A stretch of DNA of 64,000 bases from the human T2T-CHM13v2.0 reference genome, Homo sapiens. Under the pieces are notes generated by a model. It ran no database searches. It saw only the letters and a program-made list of their open reading frames with translations, and was not told the DNA's origin. Within the stretch, counting starts at the first letter, position 1. Each line of letters begins with the position of its first letter. The stretch lies in the NCBI RefSeq assembly GCF_009914755.1, contig NC_060928.1, one strand, 5' to 3'. A program made the translations under genes and the position numbers. Of the stretch, positions 28,065 to 40,343 are shown piece by piece.

Positions 28065-29508
28065 GCAATTCCTCAAACATCTAAAAGCAGAACTCCCATT
28101 TGACCCAGCAGTCCCATTGCTGGGTATATATGCAAAAGAATAGAAATTATTCTACCATAAAGACACATGCACATGAGTGTTCTTTGCAGCACTGTTTATA
28201 ATAGCAATAATATGGAATCAACCTAAATGCCCAGTAATGCCAGATTGGATAAAGAAAATGTAGTACATATACACCACAGAATACTATGTAGCCATAGTAT
28301 ATAGAATATTATATATACTATACAATACTAGGTAAAAAAAAGAATAAGACCATGTCTTTTGCAGGAACATGGATGGAGCTGGAGACTCTTATCCTTAGCA
28401 AACTAATGCAGGAACAGAAAACCAAATATCACATGTTCTCACTTATAAGTGGGAATTAAATGGTAAGAACTTATGAACACAAAGAAGAAAACAATGGACA
28501 GTGGAGTCTAACTGAAGGGGGGAGAATGGAAGGGAGGAGAGAATCAGAAAAGATAACTATTGGGTACTGGGTTGAATACCTAGGTGATGAAATAATTTGT
28601 GCAACAAACCCCTGTGACACGAGTTTACCCATGTAACAAACCTGCATATGTACCCCGAACCTAAAATAAAAGTTAAAAGAAAGAAAAACACTGGAGAAAT
28701 ATATAATCATAAGAGGCATTATCTTGTATCTCCTCCTTAATGTGTCCTGTCTCAAGATAATCACCCAATTGATTTGTAAATATTCTCCAGATTTCTTTAT
28801 GTGGGCTCATTTATATTTTAAAATGTGACATATGTATATCCTTATCAAAATCAGTTCACATTGATGCCTCAATGCTTTTGATTAGATTTAAGTTTTGGTG
28901 TGGTTAAGCAATTTTATATGTGTTGATTGCCATTTTTTAAATTACTTATTGGTACATATGTACACAACTCTTTTAGATTAGATTTTCTTTTATATCAGGT
29001 ATATTAATTATGTCTGTAAATTATAGTGCAAATGTATTGTTTCCAATGCAGAACGCTCCCTCTGGTTTCCTAATATGAACAGACACTGCATGGATGCTCT
29101 CCTGGAAATGAGTGGTCTGGCATCCATGCTAGACTTGTCAGCACTGAGCTAAATGGTCTCTTCTGCCTTCAGGGAGGTGACATATACTGGCACTCACTGC
29201 TTATTCCTGAGGTCCTGGCCACTGCCCTAGGAGAATTACATCTGTGCACATTGTAGCTTCTTTGCTCTGACCCTAGGGAGTTTTCTCTCCCTGCTCTCAC
29301 AGCACAGAGTTATAGCCACCTAAATATGGTAACACCTAATATGTATTATATATTTTAAATTAAGAAAGACAAAACTAGCCATTTCAAGATAATGGTATTT
29401 ATTATTTATCAAAAAAAGGTTTCATAACCAGTATTTGAAAATAGCATTTTTGAGGCTTATTCATTTTGCCAAATTAATACATCAAGATATTAAGAATATT
29501 AACTGGCG

Positions 29509-29808
29509 AGCCAGGTGAGGTGACTCATGCCTGTAATCCCAGCACTTTGGGAGGCTGAGGTGGGCGGATCACGAGGTCAGGAGATCGAGACCATCCTGGT
29601 TAACATGGTGAAACCCCGTCTCTACTAAAAATACAAAAAAATTAGCCAGGTGTGGTGGCGGCCGCCTGTAGTCCCAGCTACTCAGAAGGCTGAGGCAGGA
29701 GAATGGTGTGAACCCAGGAGGTGGAGCTTGCAGTGAGCCAAGGTTGCGCCACTGCACTCCAATCTGGGCGACAGAGTGAGACTCCGTCTCAAAAAAAAAA
29801 AAAAAAAA
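29509..29808 (+). mobile_element. AluY
   Basis: AluY-type text (ggatcacgaggtcaggagatcgagaccatcctgg; gaatggtgtgaaccc...gagcttgcagtgagcc), A18 tail, TSD gaatattaactgg 29494-29506 / 29810-29822. Confidence 0.93.
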
Positions 29809-30199
29809 GGAATATTAACTGGTCTACTGACACTCTCACCTCAAACAAGATATTCATTATAAATAATTTGATGTATATTCTCTTGATTTTTGAATGTCTT
29901 AATAAAATGCACAGATATTTTAAGAAAAATAAATTTTTTATTAGCTATTTATATTTTAAAACGATGTATATTAATTGATTTAAACATGATACAAATACTA
30001 TATTTTAACATACATAACATTTGATTAGAAATGATTATAACTTAAATACAAAAAATAGAAGAGTGACATTTGTTTACATATATTTTTTACTAGGATAAAC
30101 AGAAAAGGTCTCTTTTAGAAATGACATTAAAGCTAAGTTCTGAGAAAAAAGAGAAGTGGTCTTAGCATGTAAAAATAAAAATGCATATTACAGGGGTGC

Positions 30200-30720
30200 C
30201 ATAGACATAAATACAGAGAATGGATAATTAAGCTATAAATTATAAAAAAACTAAATATAAATTATTTTTCTAAAAAAGTCTGAAATATTATCTGAATATC
30301 AATTTTAAAGCCTATGAATTACTGAAAAAAATTAAAAACACAAAATTACACATAATTCTAGTACTCTTTCAATTTAATAGATTAAAAAAAAGAAAAACAC
30401 CCAAGTATCTAAAGTGAGACAAGTTACTTACAAATCTACAAAACACAAAAGGCTTCTGTAATACTTTACATATAAAAATTGATTTCATATAAAATCATCT
30501 TGAAATAGGATTAAGGAAGGACTGTGAAGACAAAATTCTATACCCAGCCAAATTTTCATTAACAACTATATGAAATTTACAGAAAGGTAGTTGAAAATAT
30601 GGTAAAGCACAGAATATATAGTCCTTATGCTTTTTAAATAAAATATTAAAAGATATACCTGCAAACAATCAATAAAAATTAAGAACTCATGATAGCAGGG
30701 GCATTGTAGAATAAAAATTA
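30200..30720 (+). mobile_element. Very old L1/HAL1-like ORF1 remnant
   Basis: caagttacttacaaa (QVTYK) ~30420 and aaaattctatacccagccaaattttca (KILYPAKFS) ~30535 occur in ORF1 order. Confidence 0.5.
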
Positions 30721-31084
30721 GTGTTGAGCGCTAATGCTAGTTAACTACTTTGACATGTCAAAATTATTGCCGTACTTCAGCAATTATTAAAATTACATGC
30801 AAAAGCCTGAAGTAATTATGTAAATACATATATCTGTCAGATTTTACTAATATCGTCATAACAATAATTTAGATTTGCTTTTCCAGAGCAAGTTAAGAAA
30901 GCCTGAAAATTCAGGAGTAGTGAGTATTAATTCTTCCTTTTCCATAGTAGAGAGTGAGGAAAGCTTAAAGTTACTTTACAAAGTACAACAAAATATCTTT
31001 GCACTCCCACTAGTCCAGGAGATTTAAAATTGTTATTCAATACCAAGTGGCATGGTTCCAATAAAAAAAATTGTATAATTTTTC

Positions 31085-34000
31085 CCAAATATCTCTTCAG
31101 ACCACAGTGGAATAAAACTAGAAATCAACTCCAAAAGAAACCCCCAAAACTATATAAATACATGGAAATTAAATAATCTGCTCCTGAATGATTTTTGAAT
31201 AAATGAAATCAAGATGGAAATTAAAGTTATTCACAATGAATAATGCTGACACAAGTTATCCAAACTTCTGAGATACAGCTAAAGCAGTTCTAAGAGGAAA
31301 GTTTACAGTGTTAAATGCCTTCATCAAAAAGTCTGAAAGATCACAAATTGAAAACTTAACATCACAAATCAAGGAACTAAAGAAACAAGAAAAAAACCAA
31401 ACCCAAAGCTAGCAGAAGAAAAGAAATATCAAAGATCAGAGGAGAACTAAATGAAATTGTAATAACAAATACAAAAGATCAATAAAACAAAGAGTTGATT
31501 TTTTGCAAATGAATAAAAAATAGACCAATAGCTAAACTGACCAAGAAAAGAAGAGAGATTTGAATAAGCTCAATTAGACATGAAAATGGAAACATTACAA
31601 ACAATACCACAGAAATATAAAAGATGATTCAAGACTACTATGAATACTTCCATGCACACAAACTAGAAAATCTAAGGGAAATGCATAAATTCCTTGAAAG
31701 ATACAACCCTCCTATCTAGATGAGGAAGAAATAAAAATTCTGAACAGATCAATAACAAGCAGAGACATTGAACCAGTAATTTAAAAATTGCCAACAAAAA
31801 AAAAAAGCCTAAGGCCAGATGAAATCAAAGCCAGATTCCACCACACAAAGAATTGGTATCAATCCTATTAAAACTATTTTAAAAGACTGGGAAAGAGGGA
31901 ATCCTCCCAAACTTATTTTATGAAGCCAGGGTCACTCTAATAACAAAGCCTGGAAAGAACATAACAACAACAACAACAACAAAAAATTACAAGCCAATAT
32001 CTCTGATGAACATATATGAAAAAATCCTCAACAACAACAACAATGCTAGCAAACTGAAACCAACAGCATATCAACAACAACAAAAATCACCATGATCAAA
32101 TGGGTTTCATCCCAGGGACGCAAATATGGAAGTCAACAAATGTGATTCACCACATAAACAGACTCAAAAACAAAAACCATATGATTGCTTAAATAAACAC
32201 AGAAAAAAAATTTGAAAAAAAATTTGATAAAATCCAACATCCCTTTATGATAAAAACCCCCAATAAAATAGGCATAGAAAAAACATACCTCAAAATAATA
32301 AAAGCCATTATGCCAAACCAATAGCCAAAATAATATTAGATGGGGAAAAGTTGAAATCATTTTCCCTAAGAACTGGAACACCACAAAGATACCCATTTTC
32401 ACCACTTCTATTCAACAAAATACTGAAGGTGCTAATAAGAGTGATCAGGCAAGAGAAAAAAATAAACAACATCCAAATTGAAAAAGAGGAAGTCAAACTA
32501 TCTCTTTGCCAATTATATGATTATATACCTAGAAAACCTAAATACTCCTTCCAAAAGACTCCCAGGTTTGATAAATTAATTCAATAATGTCTCAGGTTAC
32601 AAAATCAATGTACCAAATCAGTAGCATGAATACACACCAACAATAACCAAGATGAGAATCAAATCAAGAACTCAATCTCTTTTACAATAGCTGCAAAACA
32701 TTAAAATACCTAGGAATATTCTTAATCAAGGAGGTGATTAAGATTAAGTTCTCTACAAAAAGAACTACAGGACACTACTTAAAGAAAACACAGATGACAG
32801 AAACAATTGGAAATATATCTCATGTTCATGGTTTGGAAGAATTAATATTATCAAAATGACCATACTACCAGATGTGGTTTTGCTGTGTCCTCACCCAAAT
32901 GTCATGTCAAATTGTAATTCCCAATGTTGGGGGAAGAACCTGGTGGAAGGTAACCGGATCATAGGGGCAGATATCACCCTCTCTGTTCTCATGATAGTGA
33001 GTGAGTTCTCAAACAATCTGGTTGTTTAAAAGTATGTGGCACTTCCTCCTTCGCTCTCTCTCCTGCTGGCCATGTGAATACATACTTGCTTCCCCTTCAC
33101 CTTCTGCCATAATTGTGAGTTTCCTGAGGCCTCCTAGCTGTGCTTCGTGTACAGCCTGTGGAACTGTGAATCAATTAGATCTCCTTTCTTTATAAATAAC
33201 CCAGTCTCAAGTGGTTCTTTATAGCAGTGTGAGAACAGAATAATACAGAAAATTGGTACCAGAGAAGTGGGGCATTGCTATTAAAGATATCTGAAAATGT
33301 AAAAGTGACTTTGGAACTAGGTAATGAGTAGAGCTTGGAAGTTTGAAGGTATCAGAAGAAGACAGGAGAATAAGGGAAAGTTTGGAACTTCCTAGAGAAT
33401 TGTTGAACAGTTGTGACCAAAATGCTGATACTGATATGGACAGAAAAGTCCAGGCTGAGGTGGTCTCAGATGGAGATGAGAACCTTACCTGGAACTAGAG
33501 TAAAGGTCATTCTTGCTATGGTATAGCAAAGATACTGGCAGCATTGTGCCCCACGCTAGAGATCTGGGGAAATTTGAGGTTGAAAGAGGTGATTTAGAGT
33601 ATCTGGTAGAAAAAATTTCTAAGACGCAGAGTTCAAGATGTGGCTTGGCAGCTTTTAAATGCCTAGACTCATTTGCATAAACAAATAAATAACCTGAAAG
33701 TAGAACTTATATTTTCTTTTTAAAAAGCAGGGTGTAAAAGTTTGGGAAATTTGCAGCCCAACCGTGTAATAGAAAAGAAAAACCCATTTTCTGGGGAGGA
33801 ATTCAAGGCTGCAGAAATTTGCATAAGTAAAGAAAAGCCAAATGTTGATAGCCAAGACAATGGGGAAAATGTCTCCAGTGCATTTCAGAGACTGTTATGT
33901 CAGCCCCTCCCATCACAAATCTGGAGGCCTAGAAGGGAAAAATGGTTCTGTGGGCCAGGCCCTGGGCCACGCTGCTCTGTGCAGCCTCAGGACATGGTGC

Positions 34001-36800
34001 TATGTGTCCCAGATGCTCTGGCTCCAATTATGGTTACAAGGGGCCGAGGTAGAGCTTGCACCATTGCTTCAGAGGATGCAAGCCCCAAGCCTTGGTAGCT
34101 TTCACATGGTGTTAGGCCTGCAGGTACACAGAAGGCAAGAGTTGAGATTTAGGAGACTCCACCCTATTTCAGAGGATGTATGGAAATGCCTGGATGTCCA
34201 GGGAGAAGTATGCTGCCAAGGGGCTGGGGAGCCCACATGGAGAACCTCTACTATGGCAGTGTGGAGGGGAAATGTGGGGCTGGAGTTCCCAAACAGAGTT
34301 CCCACTGGGGCACTGCATAGTGGAGCTGTGAGAAGAGGGCCAATGTCCTCCAGACCCTAGAATGCTAGATCCACTGACAACTTGCACTGTGCACCTGGAA
34401 AAGCCACAGGCACTCTACACCAGCCCATAAAAGCAGCCAAGGGGGCTGCAGGGCCACAGGGCTGGAGACGACCATTCCTTGAATTAGTTTGCTCTGGAGA
34501 TGAGACATGGAGGCAAAGAAGATTATTTTGGAGATTTAAGATTTAATGACTGCCCTGCTGGGTTTCAGACTTGCATGGGGCCTGGGGCTCCTTTGTTTTG
34601 GCCAATTTCTCTCTTTTGAAATGGGAGCATTTACCCAATGTCTGTACCCCCATTATATCTTAAAAGTAATGAATATATATTTTTTCATTTTACAGGCTCA
34701 TATGAGACTTTGGTCTTAGATGTTTGAGTTAATGCTGGAATGAGTTAAGGCTTTGAGGGACTTTTGGGAAGGCATAATTGTGTTTTGAAATGTGAGAAAG
34801 ACATGAGATTTGGGAGTGTCCAGTGGCAGAATGATATTGTTTGGGTCTGTGTCCCCACCCAAATCGTATGTGGAATTGTAATTCCCAGTGTTGGGGGAGG
34901 GATCTGGTGGAAGGTGATTAGATAATAAGGGTAGATATCCTCCTTGCTGTTTTCATAATAGTGAGTGAATTCTCAAAGGTCTTGTTGTTTAAAAGTGTGT
35001 AGCACTTCCGCCTTTGTTCTCTATTCTGCTGGCCATGTGAAAATTTGATTGCTTCCCCTTCTCCTGCCAAGACTGTAAGCTTTCTGAGGCCTCCTAGCCA
35101 TGCTTCCTGTACAGCCTGTGAAACTGCGAGTCAGTTCAACTTCTTGTCTTCATAAATTGCCCAGTGTCAGGCTGTCCTTTACAGCAGTGTGGGAATGGAT
35201 TAATATACTACCCAAGGCAATCTGCAGATTCAATGCAATACCTATCAAAATACCATCATTTTTCACAGAACTAGAAAAAAAAAAACAAAATTAATATGGA
35301 ACCAAAAAAGAGCCCAAATAGCCAAAGCAATCCTAAGCAAAAAGAACAAATCTGGAGGCATCATATTACCCAACTTCAAATTGTACTACAAGGCTATAGT
35401 TACCAAAATAGCATAGTACTGGTATAAAAATAGATACATAGACCAGTGAAAAAGAATAGAGAAACCAGAAATAAAGCCAAATACATACAGACTCTTGATC
35501 TTCCACAAAGGATATAAAAACATAAATTGGGGAAACTACACCCTATTTAATAAATGTTGCTTGGAAAACTGGATATCCAGATGTAGAAGAATAAAACTGA
35601 ATCTCTACTTCTCAGTATATGAAAAAAATCAATTCAAGACAGATTAAAGACATAAATGTAAGAATGAAAACCATAGAAATCTGAAAGCAAATGTAGGGAA
35701 AACTCTTCTGGATTTTGGCCTAGGCAAAGAATTTATGACTAACACTCCAAAAACTAATGCAATATAAGTAAAAATAAATAAATGAGATCTAATTAAACTA
35801 AAATGCTTCTGCACAGCAAAAGAAATAATAATTGGAGTACACAGACAACCCAGAGAATGGGAAGAAATATTCTCAAACTAATGTATCTGACAATGGACTA
35901 AAATGCAGAATCAGTAAGGAACTCAAGCAAATCAGCAAGAAAAACAAATAATCCCATTAAAATGGGAGCAAATGACATGAATAGACAATTCTCAAAAGAA
36001 TATATACAAATGGCCAACAAATATGTGAAAAAAAGCTCAACAACACTAATCATCAGGGAAACACAAATTAAAACCACAATGAGATACCACCTATCCCTAC
36101 CACAATGGCCATTATTAAGAAGTAAAAAAAAATTAAAAAAATAAAAAAATTTTCATGGATGTGATGAAAAGAAAATTCTAGGGTTCTGGGGTAGTGATAT
36201 AAATTAGTACAAATCTGTATGTTCAACATTATGGAGATTTCTCAAAGAACTAAAAGATCAATCATTTGGTCCAGTAATTCCACTATTGGGTAGCTACACA
36301 AAGGAAAACAAATTATTATATCAAAAAAGACCTGCATGCATATGTTTATCACAGTACAATTCTCGATTGTAAATATATGGAACCAATCCAAGTGCCCATC
36401 AACTTATAAGTAAATAGAGAAAATATGGTATATATATATACACCTTGGAATACTACTCAGCCATAGAAAAATGAAATAATGGCTTTTGCAGCAACTTGGG
36501 TGGAGCTGGGGGCCACCAGAAATGGAAAACCAAATACCATTATGTTCTCACTTGTAAGTGGGAGCTAAGCCATGGGTATGTAAATGCATGCAGAGTGGTA
36601 TAATGAATATTGGAGATTCTAAAGAGGGAGGGTGGGAGGGAAATAAAGAATAAATAATATATATTGGGTACAATGTACACTTATTGGATGATGGGTGCAC
36701 TAAAATCTCAGACCTCACCACTATACAATTTATCCATATAACCAAAAACACTTGTACCCCAAAAGCTATTAAAATTTAAAAAAAAGAAAAGAAAGCAAAT
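31085..36800 (+). mobile_element. 5'-truncated L1PB3/L1PB4-like element interrupted by a MaLR
   Basis: ORF2 from cagaccacagtggaataaaactagaaatcaactcc; 3' UTR gggtgcactaaaatctcagac...cttgtaccccaaaagctatt plus A-rich tail. Confidence 0.9.
32870..35207 (+). mobile_element. Complete MSTA/THE1D-like MaLR provirus: LTR 32870-33247, internal region, LTR 34832-35207
   Basis: Paired ~377-bp LTRs; exact TSD ctacc 32865-32869 / 35208-35212; the host L1 rejoins as aaaatgaccatactacccaaggcaatc. Confidence 0.92.
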
Positions 36801-37241
36801 AAAACATGTCTCACATAACAAAATATACAAAACAAAGACAACATTAAAGAAATATAACAATAAAAAGAATAAAATAGGAATAGAAATAATACTTATAATA
36901 TCATTTTGTAATTTTAGTAATTAATTCAACCAATATTTATTTAATCATTGTAATGAATCACATATTTTCTGGATTTTTGTTTCTTTCCTTGAAAAATAAA
37001 GAAAAAATTCCTCCTGTTTCAGAGCTTTAATTGTAGGAACAAAGTGTAAGGTTAAATACAAATAAATAGTTTGTATGATTTTATTAAAAGAATGCCCTCA
37101 ATATTGTGATTGAAAATAAAACTATGGATGCAGTTATTGTAAGAAGCATCATTATATTGACTCAAAATATTTCTGCTAACTCTCTGTTAACTCTTTATTT
37201 TTCTGGCACTTTTGATCTTCGATTAAATACATCACACTTGT

Positions 37242-37320
37242 TGTACTGGGTTGAATAGTGCCCTTCCCCCACCTCAAAGTTATGTTACTTAAAACTTGTG
37301 AATGTGACCTTATTTGGAAA
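37242..37320 (+). mobile_element. MLT1-type LTR 5' fragment
   Basis: tgtactgggttgaatagtgccc...tgtgaatgtgaccttatttggaaa. Confidence 0.75.
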
Positions 37321-37361
37321 CATTAACATTATTCAGGATAAACATTAACATTATTCAGGAT
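37318..37361. repeat. Perfect 22-bp tandem duplication aaacattaacattattcaggat x2
   Basis: Direct read. Confidence 0.95.
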
Positions 37362-37548
37362 ACGTGTTTAGTGGTACATACTTTGGGTAATGCAGGTCCA
37401 AGAGTATGAACAATTTTAGCTATCAGAGCTCTTTTATAATCTATTATTCCTATATATGTTAAAAATATCAAACAACACAAGCTTTGTGTTTTAATCACTT
37501 ACAGGTAAATTTTGGATTATGATATTTAGACAGCAAGATTTCACTTAC

Positions 37549-38040
37549 CTGTGGGACACAGGGCGGGCGTATCAATGAGTTAATTTCTAATTTATAAATT
37601 GCTTTGGATGTAAAACGTATCCAAATGCTACATAATGAAAATTACCCTGAAAATACTCATTCTAACAACCCTGAAAATACTTTCTAAACTCCCTGACAAT
37701 GAATCCTGCTAAAAAGGATGCTTTTCTCTCAAGAATGGCAAAAATAAAATAAAATGGAAGCAAACATAAATAAAATAGCTAGAATTGCTACCACTCATAG
37801 TGAGGAGTCTTCTTTTCCAAAATGTGTAGCTAGAATCATAAAGCCCTACAAAATTGTACAGCAATTCTGTCACTGTATTGACAAAAAAGGGAAAAAAGCA
37901 AACCAACAATTGCGGTGCATAGCAACAGTAAGAGATGGAAAAAAATCTAGGATAATTGCAAAACGATATCTGGTTCATGATTGCAAGGTCTCTGTTGAAA
38001 AGTGCTCCAAGTTATAATAGCTACAAAATTCAGAATAACT
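37549..38040 (-). other. Candidate spliced exon (lncRNA or decayed gene)
   Basis: Consensus donor CAG|GTAAGT after 37549; candidate acceptors ttttcag| before 37646, 37670 and 38040. Motif evidence only. Confidence 0.3.
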
Positions 38041-39126
38041 CTGAAAACTAGAAAAAAATTTCACAAGTACGGAAATTCTAAGGGCTGAATCCAGCTGAAT
38101 AGATTCTATAACATCCTATGTTAATGTCACCAGTACCTCCCATTCCTTGCAGCAAATATTATGGGCTCCATTCTTCCCTTAGTGGTCAACAAGCTTTGCT
38201 TTCTCTATACCTAACATACGACAGTAATAATTTTCACAAACATTTTGGTCATATTATAGAATTGTAGCAGTCGGGGAAAATGTGGAGTAATCTCAAATCA
38301 TGAGATTTCAGAACTACATAGATTGGGCAATTGCCTTGATCCATTTCTTGAGAAATGCTAGTAGTAAAAAATAAGTGCAAATTCCATCGTGACAGGGGTG
38401 AAGTTAGGGATGGGGATGTGAATATTCAACTGGTGTACGAATGTCCATGTAGAAACTATAGTTTGTAATTTTTTGTGTGTGAGGAAATTACCATATCTTT
38501 GGGGGTGTACTTTAAAGACTATGGACTAGCAGCAAGACTCTGTGTGGCTAATGCTCCTGTATTCTTTACGACCTGTGTGATCTACTTTATAAGATGGAAA
38601 AGAAAGATATAGAAATAATTGGAGAAAGGGCTACTATTTATAATCTCCAAATAGTGCAAGTTTCCCCCCACCTAATTCCATTTATTTAAAGTAACCTCGA
38701 TCTGCAAAACACTCTTGCCAAGACGCTTTAGGATTGAAGGAGAAAAACGAAGTTCTTATTGAGAAACATCTAATAATAAAACTGCAAAAATTTATTTTTA
38801 AATACTCTTTTATTATAAAGTTTTCTTTTCGTAAAGATAGGTCAGAAAAACAAGCAAGACAAACTTAGCATATGTAGAAAAAATTGAATTTCCTAGAAGC
38901 CAATTTTACCATTTTTGTTCTATCAAGTTTACTGCATATTTTAAAATGTAAATTAGGAAAATCCACGAATCTGCTTCTTGGAAAAGGATTAGTCCCAAAT
39001 AGTTTTATCCTTTGGGGAAAATACACATGGCAGCCGGTTTGATGTGTATTTAGTGAATCTACCAGACACCTTCCGTTCGCTGTAGTATGAAAGGTCTTTA
39101 GGGTTCTGGTCGACCTAAATCAGGGC

Positions 39127-39392
39127 TTTTTTTTTTTTTTTTTTCTTGAAACAGGGTCTCATTTTCATTGCCTAGGCTGGCTCACTGCAGTCTCGACTTC
39201 CTGAGCTCAGGTGATCCGCCTACCTCAGCCTCCCGAGTTGCTGGAACTACAGGCGCATGCCACCGTGCCTGGCTAATTTTTCATATTTTTTTGTGGAGAC
39301 GGGGTTTTCCTGTGTTGTCCAGGTTGGTCTTGAACTCCTGGGCTCAAGTGATCTACCCTCTGCAGCCTCCCAAAGTGGTGAGATTACAGGTG
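39127..39392 (-). mobile_element. AluJ with a short internal deletion and missing 5' end
   Basis: Poly(T), then gaaacagggtctc...cctaggctgg|ctcactgcagtctcgacttcctgagctcaggtgatcc...gattacaggtg. Confidence 0.9.
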
Positions 39393-40343
39393 CCTTGTAC
39401 TCCTAGCAGGGGCGGATTGGTTGTAATCCAGGAGCCATTGCTCCCTGCAGGGTTTCATTCTTACCAGATCATACACTCAATGGACTTAAAAAAATTCTTA
39501 AATATCTTTTGAATAGTCCTCAGATCCATGCCCTCTGTCACATTCAAATCCCCACAGCACCATGTGCCCACACATGAATAATTTACTTTAAAATAATAAT
39601 TTCCCAATTTTTTTCAGTCTATCCTTAAAAAAAAAAAAACTTTAGAAGCCTTAATGTGGATAGCTTCAGGTCAACGAGTTTCTCAGTGCCACTTCCACAT
39701 AGTATATATGTCCAATTTTCTAACTTTCAGGATGATTTATTCTTCCTTTTTAAAAATAATCTTAAATTTGACCTCATCATCATGACTTTCTTCTTTCTTG
39801 AAAGTTGCCTACCTTTATTATTGCTTGGCCTTCAGTTTATTTCTTTCCAAATTAAATGTAAACATTGTTCTTACCTCTTCAATGAACTGGATTTTTATCT
39901 CTTTATTTTAAGGCAAAGCAATTTTAGGCAGTCATTTTACCAAGTAAGAATTATGCTTGTGATGGGTGAGGAAACGTTTGCTTATTAAGCCAATTTTCAT
40001 AGTCGAGACAAAAACATAGACATTCTAAACATTTACCTCCTTAAAAACATCATATTGATTTTTTAATCATTTCGATGAGCAAGAATGTGTTGGTGTATAC
40101 TTGTAGCTGAAGTGAATGATCATTCTTTGCTATTCTCTCTGTTCAAACTATCAAGCACACTACAGAAAGCATATTGCCTCATTTCTATACACCACAAGTC
40201 TATCATAGGCCTTATGCTTATCATTTACACACACTTACTAGCTGAAATTTCTGTAGCTGCCCTTTTGGGCACCTTCAATGAGGATATTTGGATGCCCAGG
40301 AAATGTTATAATATGCTGTTTTCAAAAATCAGTTTTCTCCAGC

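Noticed and set aside
33655-34387. ORFs up to 172 aa here, with similar ones at 25.8-27.1 kb and 41.5-42.8 kb
   Set aside because: Decayed MaLR internal sequence, broken differently in each copy; no sign of a preserved gene.
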